A stretch of DNA of 64,000 nt from Escherichia phage ST2: sequence record OM982647; one strand, 5' to 3'. This document shows positions 51,404-63,700 of the stretch, piece by piece. The position numbers and the translations under genes are program-made. The notes below the pieces were generated by a model. It was not told the origin of the DNA. It did no database searches and saw nothing but the letters and a program-made list of their open reading frames with translations. The first letter of the stretch is position 1, and every line of letters starts with the position of its first letter.

Positions 51404-52579
51404 TTAGAAATATTTTTTGTATGAATTGATTACATTTTGGTCTACATCATTATCAATTTGTGCGACAAGATAAGAACTGATTTCAACTTCCTGAGGAGCT
51501 GCTTGAACTAAATCAGAGTTCAGATATTCACGAATCCAAGGATACGGATGTTTGGTCGGAGCATCAGTGATTGGGCATGGCAAACCACACTGTTTCATAC
51601 GAGACACAGTCAAGTAATCAACAAAAGCACACATACTCTGCGTATTGATACCCGGACATGTACCATCTTTAAAGAGGTGTGCAGCCCATTCCTTCTCTTG
51701 TCTATTTACTTCCATAAAAATGTCAACTGCTTCTTGTTCACATTCTTTAGCAATTTGAACCCACTCATCACCATCGGTACCGGACTGAAGTTGACGGATA
51801 ATGTACTGAGTACCCTTGAGGTGGAGTTGTTCGTCGCGAGCAATGAACTTCATAATCTTTGCATTACCTTCCATAATTTCCATATTTTTATGGAAGTTGA
51901 AAGTACATGCAAATGATACGTAAAAACGAATAGCTTCTAAGGCGTTGATAACATGCAAACAGAGATAAAGAGACTTCATTAAATCACGCTTGGCGTTAAA
52001 CATTATTTCTTCGTACATCTCAATATCATTCTGCTGGCATGAGCCTATTGAATACTCATAATTTTCCTTAGCATTTTCCCAATGACGAGTCTTGACTAGA
52101 ACATCATCATAATATTTGCCGATTGATTCCGCACGTTTCATAATTGCTTCATCTAATACAATCTCATCAAATACCTTCGATGGATCAGTATAAAGATTTC
52201 GCATGATATGAGTATATGAACGAGAGTGAATGGTTTCACTGAATGTCCATGTAGCAACCCATGTATCTAATGAAGGGTCGGAAAGCAATGCCATAAGTAC
52301 CGCAGATGGTGCCCTGCCTTGGATAGAATCCAATAATGATTGATACTTAAGGTTGTTCGTAAAGATGTTCTGTTGGAACTGTGGAAGCTTATTGAACTGC
52401 GCAGAGTCCAACATCAAGTTTACCTCTTCAGGGCGCCAAAAAAACGACAATTGCTTTTCAATAAGCTCTTCAAAAACTTTATGGCGTTGAATATCGTAAC
52501 GCGCCAGACCAAGACCGGAACCGAAGAACATTGGTTCATTCAAAACATCAACTTTTTGGGTATTAAAAACTGTACTCAT
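51404..52579 (-). CDS. nrdB: ribonucleotide reductase small (beta) subunit, intronless
   Basis: 391 aa continuous ORF (T4 NrdB is 388 aa); no intron or I-TevIII-like ORF interrupts it. Confidence 0.95.
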   Translation of the reverse strand: MSTVFNTQKVDVLNEPMFFGSGLGLARYDIQRHKVFEELIEKQLSFFWRPEEVNLMLDSAQFNKLPQFQQNIFTNNLKYQSLLDSIQGRAPSAVLMALLSDPSLDTWVATWTFSETIHSRSYTHIMRNLYTDPSKVFDEIVLDEAIMKRAESIGKYYDDVLVKTRHWENAKENYEYSIGSCQQNDIEMYEEIMFNAKRDLMKSLYLCLHVINALEAIRFYVSFACTFNFHKNMEIMEGNAKIMKFIARDEQLHLKGTQYIIRQLQSGTDGDEWVQIAKECEQEAVDIFMEVNRQEKEWAAHLFKDGTCPGINTQSMCAFVDYLTVSRMKQCGLPCPITDAPTKHPYPWIREYLNSDLVQAAPQEVEISSYLVAQIDNDVDQNVINSYKKYF

Positions 52580-52595
52580 TATATTCTCTCAATAG

Positions 52596-52613
52596 TGACT
52601 CATCCATGAGTCA
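52596..52613 (-). repeat. 18-bp palindrome TGACTCAT-CC-ATGAGTCA in the nrdA-nrdB intergenic leader
   Basis: Perfect 8-bp arms around a 2-bp centre, 17-35 nt upstream of the nrdB ATG. Confidence 0.5.
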
Positions 52614-52629
52614 ATTATAAACAAAATTC

Positions 52630-54885
52630 TTAAAGCTTACAAGCGGAGCAATCTTCAGCTTTAGGCGTTTCTAACTCATAGTCATCTGTACCAGAACCAT
52701 CTCGAGTGTTATGATAGTAAAGGTTCTTACCACCAAAGTACCAGAAGTAAAGCAAGTCATCAAGCATTACAGACATTGGCACTTTGCCTTTCTCAAAGAC
52801 TGAAGGGTCGTAGTATGTATTAGCAGAAGCAGATTGGCACACCCATTTTAACATGATAACAACTTGTGTCAGATAAGGCTTATTACCTTTCTTAGCGAGT
52901 TTCCACGCATAGTCATAAAGACCCATGTTGTGTTCAATATTAGGAACTACTTGACGGAAATTACCTTCTTTAGATTCTTTAATACTTACTGGGCCACGAG
53001 GTGGTTCAATACCATTTGTGCTATTTGAGACCTGGCTGCTTGATTCGCATGGCATGAGAGCACTGAGTGTACTGTTACGAATCCCGTGTTCTTTAAGTTC
53101 GGCTCGTAGTTCTTCCCAATCACATACATAGTTTGGGGCTGCGATTTGGTCAATCTTTTTATTGTACCAGTCGATAGGTAATTCGCCTCGAGACCATTTA
53201 GTGTCTGAATAATACTCGCAACGTCCTTTTTCTTTGGCAAGTTTGATTGACGCTTTGATAAGGCCATATTGTAATCTCTCAAACAATTCATGAGTCAAAT
53301 CGTTAGCATCTTCATATGAAGCAAAGTTAGAAGCTAACCAGGCTGCATAGTTAGTAACACCAACACCTAGGTTTCGACGCTTTTTAGCTTTTAAAGCTTC
53401 TGGAACCGGATAATCTTGATAGTCTAACAAGTTATCAAGTGCACGTACTTGCACTTCAGCAAGTTCATTAATTTTATCTTGGTCTTGCCAATCAAATTTA
53501 TCAAGAACAAAAGCAGAAAGAGTGCAAAGTCCAATTTCTGCGTCAGGACTATTAACATCATTAGTTGGAATAGCTATTTCACAACATAGATTGCTCTGAC
53601 GAATAGGAGCTTTTTCACGAATAAATGGAGTGTAGTTATTTGTGTTATCAACAAACTGTGGATAAATTCGAGCAGTGCCAGAACGTTCAGTCATGAACAA
53701 TTCAAAGAGTTCTAGTGCTTTGATTCTTTTCTTTCTGATTGTTGGATCTTTTTCAGCTTTCTCATAAAGCTCACGGAATTTATCTTGATCTTCAAAGAAC
53801 GAGTAGTATAGTTCGCCTGACATTTCGTGAGGGCTAAATAAAGTAATATAATCATTTTTACCAAGGCGTTCCATCATAAGGTCATTAATCTGAATTCCGT
53901 AGTCCATATGTCGAATACGGTTTTCATCCACGCCTTTGTTATTTTTCAGAACTAATAGGTTCTCTACTTCTAAGTGCCACATCGGATAATACGCTGTAGC
54001 AGCACCGCCACGAATACCACCTTGAGAACAAGATTTTACTGCAGTTTGGAAATGTTTCCAGAATGGAATAACACCCGTATGTCGAACTTCACCCATACCG
54101 ATCTTAGAACCTTCCGCACGAAGCATACCAACGTTGATACCGATACCAGCTCGTTTAGAAATATATTCGATAATTGATGCTGAAGTTTTGTTAATAGATT
54201 TTAACGAATCACCAGCTTCAATAACTACACAACTAGAGAACTGGCGAGTCGGAGTACGAGCACCTGCCATAATTGGAGTAGGCAATGAAACTTGATGAGT
54301 AGAAACGGCATCATAAAAACGAATAATATGTTTCAAACGGTCACGAGTTTCGTCTTGATGTAAAGCCATGCCAATAGCCATAATAGCAAACTGTGGAGTT
54401 TCATAAATCTTCCCAGTTGTTTTATCTTTAACTAGATATTTTTCTTTAAGCTGCATAGCGCCAGCATAAGTCAGGTCAAAGTCTCGTTCATGTTTAATCT
54501 GTGAATCGAGATAAATGATTTCTTCTGCAGAATATCTAGACAACAACTCAGGGTCGTATTTGCCTTCATTAACACAATAAGAAATATGGTCGATAAAAGC
54601 AGGCGGTTCAAACTGCCCATATACATCTTTACGAAGTGCAAACATTAGCCCTTTGGCGGCGACATACTGATAATCAGGTTCTTCGACAGAAATCGAGTTA
54701 GCTGCAACTTTAATACAAATCTTCTGGATATCTTTGGTGCTCATCCCATCAACAAGATGGGTCTTAATTTCTTCGTACAATTCATATGGGTCAATTTGTG
54801 TTCCTTCACATTGCCAAGTTAATACTTGAATAATTTTCTGTGCATCAAAATTTTGGGATACACCACTGCTCTTAGTTACTTGCAT
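52630..54885 (-). CDS. nrdA: ribonucleotide reductase large (alpha) subunit
   Basis: 751 aa (T4 NrdA is 754 aa); N-terminal ATP-cone and class Ia catalytic core. Confidence 0.97.
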   Translation of the reverse strand: MQVTKSSGVSQNFDAQKIIQVLTWQCEGTQIDPYELYEEIKTHLVDGMSTKDIQKICIKVAANSISVEEPDYQYVAAKGLMFALRKDVYGQFEPPAFIDHISYCVNEGKYDPELLSRYSAEEIIYLDSQIKHERDFDLTYAGAMQLKEKYLVKDKTTGKIYETPQFAIMAIGMALHQDETRDRLKHIIRFYDAVSTHQVSLPTPIMAGARTPTRQFSSCVVIEAGDSLKSINKTSASIIEYISKRAGIGINVGMLRAEGSKIGMGEVRHTGVIPFWKHFQTAVKSCSQGGIRGGAATAYYPMWHLEVENLLVLKNNKGVDENRIRHMDYGIQINDLMMERLGKNDYITLFSPHEMSGELYYSFFEDQDKFRELYEKAEKDPTIRKKRIKALELFELFMTERSGTARIYPQFVDNTNNYTPFIREKAPIRQSNLCCEIAIPTNDVNSPDAEIGLCTLSAFVLDKFDWQDQDKINELAEVQVRALDNLLDYQDYPVPEALKAKKRRNLGVGVTNYAAWLASNFASYEDANDLTHELFERLQYGLIKASIKLAKEKGRCEYYSDTKWSRGELPIDWYNKKIDQIAAPNYVCDWEELRAELKEHGIRNSTLSALMPCESSSQVSNSTNGIEPPRGPVSIKESKEGNFRQVVPNIEHNMGLYDYAWKLAKKGNKPYLTQVVIMLKWVCQSASANTYYDPSVFEKGKVPMSVMLDDLLYFWYFGGKNLYYHNTRDGSGTDDYELETPKAEDCSACKL

Positions 54886-54972
54886 ATATTCCTCAGTATA
54901 GGTTGATAGACATTACTCCAAACGGGATAGTATTTATCCCGTTAATTTATTATACACTTTTAAACTGAAGCG

Positions 54973-55227
54973 TTAATTATCCTCAGCAATAATTTCTTTA
55001 TATTCTTTAGGAGTCAAGACCGTGATATCGAAATAAACCAATGGTTCTTTTTCCATACCGTAACCACCACAAAATTCACGATATTCATAAATTCGTTCGT
55101 GTGAATGACAAATGAATCGTTCACCTTTAACTGTGATTTCACTATTCGGTGAAGGGATATCTAGTTCGGTAGGATTTTTCATTTCAAAAATTGTGGTGCC
55201 ATATGAATTAATAAAACGTAAAATCAT
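54973..55227 (-). CDS. hypothetical protein (84 aa) between td and nrdA
   Basis: ATG start overlapping td stop by 1 nt; contains CxxH…C spacing; no recognisable family. Confidence 0.55.
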   Translation of the reverse strand: MILRFINSYGTTIFEMKNPTELDIPSPNSEITVKGERFICHSHERIYEYREFCGGYGMEKEPLVYFDITVLTPKEYKEIIAEDN

Positions 55228-56923
<1,696 letters not shown>

Positions 56924-56984
56924 TTTATTCTCCTTCACTTTTATTTGATAGGGCTACTATAACATAGCCCTATCTTGTTATAAA

Positions 56985-57377
56985 CTACTTTTTAAAAGTT
57001 TTTTGCAAAAGTTCGATGATTTCGTCGACGTTGGTTTCATCTACGATACAATGGATTTTTGTTACACCTAAAGTTATACCTTCGTTAGAAGGTTGAGGCT
57101 TTACTAAATCTACCTCAGTAAAGTATTTGAACTCGTCAGGATAAATCTCAAAATAAGTTTCAATTTCACCACCGGCAGAACATACAGTACCATCTTCCAT
57201 AGTTACACTTACTACGTTTGACGTATCGCTATCATAATCAGGTTCCATTCCGTTTACAACAAAACTAGGCCCGTGGAGTTCAATCAATTTTAACATCTTA
57301 GCGTTATTGTGTGGTGCTTCTTGAACAAAGTCATCTTTAAATAAAGGGTTAATGATATAAGATTTTCCGATTTCCAT
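56985..57377 (-). CDS. hypothetical protein (130 aa), frd.2-position
   Basis: ATG start with GAGGAAA Shine-Dalgarno and own early promoter. Confidence 0.6.
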   Translation of the reverse strand: MEIGKSYIINPLFKDDFVQEAPHNNAKMLKLIELHGPSFVVNGMEPDYDSDTSNVVSVTMEDGTVCSAGGEIETYFEIYPDEFKYFTEVDLVKPQPSNEGITLGVTKIHCIVDETNVDEIIELLQKTFKK

Positions 57378-57406
57378 TTTGATTTCCTCATGTTGTTGAT
57401 AAGTCT

Positions 57407-57435
57407 ATACTAACACATCCAGGGAAGAAGTAAAC
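57407..57435 (-). promoter_or_regulatory. T4 early-type promoter for the 130-aa ORF
   Basis: Minus-strand GTTTAC (57430-57435) - 17 bp - TAGTAT region; same conserved leader as other early promoters. Confidence 0.55.
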
Positions 57436-57466
57436 AACTTTTTAGGCAATTTACAGATACTCAAAA

Positions 57467-57484
57467 GGGAGACCGAAGTCTCCC
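57467..57484 (-). terminator. intrinsic terminator GGGAGAC-UUCG-GUCUCCC + U-run after gene 32
   Basis: Same 18-mer as at 878, 20234 and 42737; begins 7 nt after the gene 32 stop; followed on the minus strand by UUUUGAG. Confidence 0.75.
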
Positions 57485-57490
57485 GATTTA

Positions 57491-58390
57491 TTATAGACCA
57501 GCTAACAGGTCATCGAGGTCGCCATCATCAGAGGATGAGGTAGAGCTCATGAAGTCGTCTTCAGTTTTTGCAGAACTAAAGGCTTCCATGTCTTTATCAA
57601 AATCGTCAAGGTCAGAAGCAACTTTATCTGCAACAGAAGCTGCGGCTGCTGCACCACCAAGAGCGGCAGTACCAAGAACCTTAGCGAAAGATTCATTTAA
57701 TTTTTCAAAGGATTTAAACTGGTCTTTAGCCGTCAAAGTAGTAAGATCTACCATCTGGTCATATAGTTCTTTCTGGAATGCTTCATCATTAATACGAGGA
57801 ATTTCAGATTGACCCAAGAATTTAGATTCATCATAGTTGCTAAAACCGGAAACCTGCTTAGCTTTCAGAACGAAGTTAGCACCTTCAAACGGACAAGTAA
57901 CATCAACTGGAGTTTCACCCATTTCGGTATCAACTGCAATCATTGCATTGATTTTGTCCCAAATCTTTTTACCGAAACGATATTTAAATACTTTACCTTC
58001 GTTATCTGGAGCTTGAGGGTCTTTAACAACCAGAATATTAGCCCAATAAGAAGTTTTACGTTTCAGTTGAGAATATTCATTTTTGTTGGTATTGTACAGG
58101 TCATTTTTACTAATGTACTGACATACAGGACAAGAGTCGTAATCACCGTGTGTAGAAGAGCAATTTTCAATATACCATTTACCATTTTTCTTGAAACCAT
58201 GGTTAACAAGAATTGCAAATGGTAGTGCATCATCAGTTTTTGCTGGCAAGAAACGAATTACCGCTTGACCATTACCTGATGCATCTAGCTTCAGCTTCCA
58301 TTCGCCTTTATCTTCTGAAGAGAAACCTTTGTTACCGTTCAGTTTAGCCATTTGAGCAGCGAGGTCAGCAGTAGATTTACGTTTAAACAT
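57491..58390 (-). CDS. 32: single-stranded DNA-binding protein gp32
   Basis: 299 aa; [36 protein letters not shown]… near-identical to T4 gp32; acidic C-terminal tail. Confidence 0.97.
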   Translation of the reverse strand: MFKRKSTADLAAQMAKLNGNKGFSSEDKGEWKLKLDASGNGQAVIRFLPAKTDDALPFAILVNHGFKKNGKWYIENCSSTHGDYDSCPVCQYISKNDLYNTNKNEYSQLKRKTSYWANILVVKDPQAPDNEGKVFKYRFGKKIWDKINAMIAVDTEMGETPVDVTCPFEGANFVLKAKQVSGFSNYDESKFLGQSEIPRINDEAFQKELYDQMVDLTTLTAKDQFKSFEKLNESFAKVLGTAALGGAAAAASVADKVASDLDDFDKDMEAFSSAKTEDDFMSSTSSSDDGDLDDLLAGL

Positions 58391-58469
58391 TATATTTACC
58401 TTTATTTAGATTATTTAATTTATTTACAGTTGGTTGCTACGACACTTATACCTCGTAGCTGGTACGATT
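58391..58469 (-). promoter_or_regulatory. gene 32 translational operator: AU-rich unstructured leader plus upstream pseudoknot-forming hairpin
   Basis: Leader reads …AGCUACGAGGUAUAAGUGUCGUAGCAACCAACUG-UAAAUAAAUUAAAUAAUCUAAAUAAAGGUAAAUAUA-AUG; in T4 gp32 binds this repeated UUAAA-type region nucleated at a 5' pseudoknot. Confidence 0.6.
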
Positions 58470-58477
58470 TATTTATA
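58470..58477 (-). promoter_or_regulatory. T4-type late promoter (minus-strand TATAAATA) upstream of gene 32
   Basis: Plus-strand TATTTATA 80 nt upstream of the gene 32 ATG. Confidence 0.55.
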
Positions 58478-58506
58478 AAGTAATTTTAACACACAAGAAA
58501 TAAAGC

Positions 58507-59160
58507 TTAATACTTACACGATTTGATTGTTTCTATGAACAATTTCTTAGCAGCATTTCCATCGATTTGAAGTATTTTTCGATATGCCTTTAATTTGGTA
58601 GAATAATTTTGCCAGACTAAGTTATCGGTGAGTTCGTCGTGCTTATCTATAATATTCAAGAATGAATCCAACAACAAGAAGGTTTCAAACGAAATTATAT
58701 TGCTTTGTAGCAATTTAAATATGTAGCTCGACTGAACTTTATTATTATAATCAAATATCTCTTGAAGCGCACTAACTTCAACTTTCTTACTGAAATAGTA
58801 GATGTTACGTACATCTTCAGCAAACGTCTCCTTGGCTTGTTTGAGACGTCCAATATATTCCCTATAGAAAACTAATGCATCAGCGTCTGATATCTCACCA
58901 ATCCATGCATCTTGGTTAGCAACTAAGTTACTGATGAATATCAAAGTGAGTTCCTTTAACTTATATTTCTCTGCTAGTTTCTCAAAGAAATATTTATCTC
59001 GGCGTTTTTGATACGCATTATCCGAAACACGCATGCACCAGTTATATTTGATTACGTCATACCGACCATTAAAATGTTGTTTGCACATCAAGTATAGTTT
59101 GTATACCGATTTTCCGTTAATATAACGTTCTCCATCAGGAGGCATGCGTATTTTAATCAT
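58507..59160 (-). CDS. 59: gp59 helicase loader (loads gp41 onto gp32-coated DNA)
   Basis: 217 aa, same length as T4 gp59; position 33-59-32. Confidence 0.93.
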   Translation of the reverse strand: MIKIRMPPDGERYINGKSVYKLYLMCKQHFNGRYDVIKYNWCMRVSDNAYQKRRDKYFFEKLAEKYKLKELTLIFISNLVANQDAWIGEISDADALVFYREYIGRLKQAKETFAEDVRNIYYFSKKVEVSALQEIFDYNNKVQSSYIFKLLQSNIISFETFLLLDSFLNIIDKHDELTDNLVWQNYSTKLKAYRKILQIDGNAAKKLFIETIKSCKY

Positions 59161-59495
59161 AATAAGAAATCTAACGTATTAGTTTTTTCACCACGAGCAA
59201 CTGATGGGCGAAGCATGTTTTCGTCAATTGCTTCGCTTGTAATTTTTTCAACAATTCCTGTAGGAATAAATTTAGCAAATTGTGTTTCTGGAATAGAATT
59301 TTCTTCCAAGAAAGCAGTTGTTGCTTCTAAATAAGACATACCAAATTTTTCAACCATGGATTCGATAATGAATCCGTTTTCTTGTCGGTCAAGCAATTTA
59401 GCGATATCATCTTTATCGTGTTTTACTGCTAATTCTTGTTCAGATAAACCGGCCTCATCAACCGGTTTAATATCACTTAGTGAAAACTGTGTCAT
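59157..59495 (-). CDS. 33: gp33 late-transcription co-activator
   Basis: 112 aa, same length as T4 gp33; overlaps gene 59 start by 4 nt. Confidence 0.9.
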   Translation of the reverse strand: MTQFSLSDIKPVDEAGLSEQELAVKHDKDDIAKLLDRQENGFIIESMVEKFGMSYLEATTAFLEENSIPETQFAKFIPTGIVEKITSEAIDENMLRPSVARGEKTNTLDFLL

Positions 59496-59742
59496 AAAGC
59501 TCGACTACCTCTTCGTTTTCAGCTTCAAATTGGTCACGAGCGTCTTTATGATAAAGAGCTAACAAACGATTAAACATTTTTCCATCGACACCAAGCTCTT
59601 CTTTAGCACGAGTACGAATGTCTTTAATCAGTTCGTTATAACCAGAAATTTTAAGTTTGTTATCGGAAGCTTCCTTGACTAGTTTAGCCAGTTCTTCACC
59701 ATGCACATCTTGATTAAATTCAACTGCTTCTTTCTTAGCCAT
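59473..59742 (-). CDS. dsbA: DsbA double-stranded DNA-binding late transcription enhancer
   Basis: ORF-track frame 59473..59760; start set at ATG 59742 (MAKKEAVEFNQDVHGEELAKLVKEASDNKLKISGYNELIKDIR…), 89 aa as T4 DsbA. Confidence 0.88.
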   Translation of the reverse strand: MAKKEAVEFNQDVHGEELAKLVKEASDNKLKISGYNELIKDIRTRAKEELGVDGKMFNRLLALYHKDARDQFEAENEEVVELYDTVFTK

Positions 59743-59749
59743 GTTTACC

Positions 59750-60667
59750 TCAGAATTCATTAATTACACTTGTTAATTTAGAAAGACCAGATTTTACAAA
59801 GTATGAATAAATCTTGCCTTTAGGTTGTTGTTTATATGAGTTATAATACTCTATAATGGTTGAAGCAATATTATCAGGGATATAATCAAAATCAATGAGA
59901 ACCAAATTTTCTTGGTACCGTTTATATTCTTCTGCACTTAATAATACTTCAGCTTGAGAACGATCATTGGCAATTGCTTCAATGATCGTTGTTTTCATGC
60001 TTGGAGTTCGTTCGCCTTCAACTCGAGTAAACCAGAAATCACCACGAACTCGAACAGACGCAACACCATCTTTACGGTCGCCTTTAAGAATTTTAGTCAT
60101 GCAATCAATTTCGGCAGAACCATTCTTAATTTTAACCCATTTTTTCTGCGGTGGTGACCACTGTTTAACGTTAGGGTATTTGTGTAATTGTGTAAAGTCA
60201 CCATCTGATGCAACAATACATACCTTATGACCAGCTAATGACAAATATTTAGTTAATACACCGATATGGTCATCCGCTTCATACTTGTCAATATCCATTA
60301 CAACGTATGGCATGTATTTCTTAATCTCATCAACAACTTGACGGAGCGCAGTAAAATATCCTTCCCAATCCCACTTTGAAGCTTCACGATCGGTTTTACG
60401 ATTTTTCTTGTAATAGTAAGCAAAGTCACGACGCCAATAACCTGAAGTAGCATTATCCATACACAATACAAATTTTGTATAGCCTTGCTTACGGAACATC
60501 ACTACGTTTTTACGAATTGAATTCAAGATTACATGGCGAACCATCGGAACAGTAATTTTATCGCCGTCTTCAAAGTTGTTTAATGCAGCTGCCAATGCAA
60601 TGTTACTAAAGTCGGCAAGTGCAATACCTTCTTTGTAATCTTCATCCAACATCATTTCTAAATCCAT
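59750..60667 (-). CDS. rnh: RNase H (5'-3' exonuclease / flap endonuclease)
   Basis: 305 aa, same length as T4 RNase H; FEN-family acidic clusters. Confidence 0.95.
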   Translation of the reverse strand: MDLEMMLDEDYKEGIALADFSNIALAAALNNFEDGDKITVPMVRHVILNSIRKNVVMFRKQGYTKFVLCMDNATSGYWRRDFAYYYKKNRKTDREASKWDWEGYFTALRQVVDEIKKYMPYVVMDIDKYEADDHIGVLTKYLSLAGHKVCIVASDGDFTQLHKYPNVKQWSPPQKKWVKIKNGSAEIDCMTKILKGDRKDGVASVRVRGDFWFTRVEGERTPSMKTTIIEAIANDRSQAEVLLSAEEYKRYQENLVLIDFDYIPDNIASTIIEYYNSYKQQPKGKIYSYFVKSGLSKLTSVINEF

Positions 60668-60735
60668 ATGAACCTCTTGTTCAGTTAGTCAACTTGGACT
60701 ATAGTAACATACTAGTTCGAAAGCGTAAATAGTCT

Positions 60736-60743
60736 TTTACTCA
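60736..60743 (+). promoter_or_regulatory. T4-type late promoter (TATAAATA) for gene 34
   Basis: Exact TATAAATA 35 nt upstream of the gene 34 ATG. Confidence 0.7.
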
Positions 60744-60777
60744 TTTATAAATAGTAAAATAGAACACATAATGATAA

Positions 60778-63700
60778 GAGGACTACCATGGTTGACATCA
60801 AACGTAAGTTCAGGGCCGAAGATGGTCTTGACGCAGGCGGTGATAAGATAGTTAACGTTGCGCTTGCTGACCGCACAGTTGGCACCGATGGCGTGAACGT
60901 TGACTTTTTGGTGCAAGAAAACACCGTACAGAATTATGACGATACGCGCGCGTATACAAAAGATTTTATTGTTCTTTATGATAATCGTTTTTATCAAGCT
61001 TTAAGCGATATTCCAGCTCCGGCAGGCCCTTTCTCTTTGGCTAAATGGAAGGCAACTCGTACAGATGCAGAATGGATTACAGTTCAAGGCGGAGATTTCC
61101 AATTATCAGTAGGTAACTCTATTGCGGTTGATACTTCAGCTGGCACTGATATTAATTTCACTTTGCCTCAAAATCCTTTAGATGGCGATACAGTTATTTT
61201 GTCTGATATTGGCGGTAGAGTAGGCTATGTAAAAGTTCAAATTACTGCAGCGGCTCAAAGTATTGTAGACTTTAGAGGACAACAGGTTCGTTCAGTTTTA
61301 ATGACGCACCCAAAATCTAAAATGGTCTTCATTTTTAGCAACCGCCTATGGCAAATGTATGTTTCTGATTACGAACGTAATGCAGTCACAGTAACTCCTG
61401 CCACGCCATATCAAGCGCAACCTAATGATTTTATCATTCGACGTTTTACATCAGCCGCTCCTATTAATATTACATTGCCTCGTAATGCTAATAATGGCGA
61501 TATTATTAATTTAGTGGATTTAGACAAATTAAACCCATTATATCACACAATTGTCAAAACTTACGATGAAACAACTTCTATACGAGAAGCTGGTGTTCAT
61601 GTAGCAGAAGGACGTAATACTGCGGAAGCATTCTTTGTTTATGATTCTGCCAATAGTTTATGGCGTGTTTGGGAAGGTGACCAGAAATCTCGTTTACGTA
61701 TAGTTCGTAATGATACTGATTTACGCCCTAATGAAGAAGTTCTTGTTTTTGGAACTAATAATGATACAATCTCGACGGTAAATCTTACTTTGCCTACAGA
61801 TATTTTGTCTGGCGATACTGTTAAAATATCGTTGAATTATATGCGTAAAGGGCAAACTGTAAAAATTAAAGCTGCTGAAGGCGATACAATTGCTAGCAGT
61901 ATTTCTTTATTACAGTTCCCAAAACGTTCGGAGTATCCACCTGATGCACAATGGGTTTCTGTTAGTGAGCTGGAATTTAATGGTGATACTTCGTATGTAC
62001 CTGTACTTGAGTTATCTTATATAGAAGATTATTCATCTGAAACAAAATATTGGGTAGTTCAACAAAACACCGTAACCGTCGAACGAGTCGATGCATCGAG
62101 CAATACCACTCGAGCTCGTTTAGGTGTTATTGCTCTTGCTTCTCAAGCGCAAGCAAATGTCGATTTAGAAAATGCTCCTGGTAAAGAACTGGCTATTACT
62201 CCGGAAACATTAGCAAATCGTACAGCAACTGAAACTCGTCGTGGTATTGCTCGTATTGCAACAACTGCACAAGTTAACCAGAATACCGATTTTGCATTCC
62301 AAGACGACTTGATTATTTCTCCTAAGAAATTGAACGAACGTACAGCAACCGAAACCCGTAGAGGTGTTGCTGAAGTTGCAACTCAGGCTGAAACTAATGC
62401 CGGAACAGATGACACCACTATTATTACTCCTAAGAAATTGGATGCCCGTCAAGGTTCTGAAGTTTTATCTGGTATTGTAAAATACACATCTACGACTGGT
62501 ACTACAGCTGCTACTATTCGTGGTAATGCTGGGACTAACGTTTATAACAAAGCCGTAGATAATTTAACTATTTCTCCAAAGGCCCTTGACCAATATAAAG
62601 CTACCCCTACTCAGCAGGGTGCAGTAATTCTTGCTATTGAAAGTGAAGTTATCGCTGGCGAATCACAGGCCGGTTGGGCTAATGCTGTAGTGACCCCTGA
62701 AACTCTGCATAAGAAAACTTCTACTGATGGACGTATTGGTTTAATTGAAATTGCTACGCAAGCAGAAACTAACACTGGAACTGATTATACTAGAGCAGTA
62801 ACGCCTAAGACGTTAAACGATAGGAAAGCTACGGAAGGATTATCTGGCATAGCCGAAATTGCTACGCAAGTTGAATTTGATACTGGAACTGATGATACTC
62901 GTATCTCGACTCCACTGAAAATTAAAACTCATTTTGATTCTTCTGACCGTACCAGTGTTAATTCTGATTCCGGACTTATTGAAGAAGGAACCTTGTGGAA
63001 CCATTATACTCTTGATATTTCTAAAGCAAATGAAACACAACGTGGTACACTTCGCGTAGCGACCCAGGCAGAATCTAATGCAGGAACTTTAGATGATGTT
63101 CTTATTACTCCTAAAAAGCTTTTAGGGACTAAGTCCACTGAAACGTCTGAAGGCGTAATTAAGGTTGCTACTCAGGCTGAAACTGTAACAGGAACTTCTG
63201 CTAATACTGCTGTATCACCTAAGAATTTAAAATGGATTGTTCAATCAGAACCATCATGGACTGCTACTACGGCAATTCGTGGATTCGTTAAAACTTCATC
63301 TGGTTCTATTACATTTGTTGGTAATGATACAGTTGGTTCAACACAATCTTTAGAATCATATGAGAAAAATAGCTATGCGGTATCACCATATGAATTAAAC
63401 CGTGTACTTGCTAACTACTTACCGTTGAAAGCTAAAGCAGCTGATAGTAATTTGTTAGATGGTCTAGATTCTCTTCAGTTCATCCGTAGAGACATCGACC
63501 AGACGGTTAATGGTTCTTTAAGTCTTACTAAACAGACCAACCTGAGTGCTCCTTTAGTATCTACAAGCACTGCTTCTTTTGGTTCCGAAGCATCTGTTAC
63601 TCGTAGATTAACTCTTAATGATTCTAGCGGTTCTGAAATAATTTTCACTAAAGGAACCCAATCTCTTAGTAATAAAGAGAATTTCGTTGTTAGAGCATGG

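Noticed and set aside
57809-58225. 138-aa plus-strand ORF antisense to gene 32
   Set aside because: Embedded in the gp32 gene; phenylalanine/isoleucine-rich translation typical of antisense AT-rich sequence.
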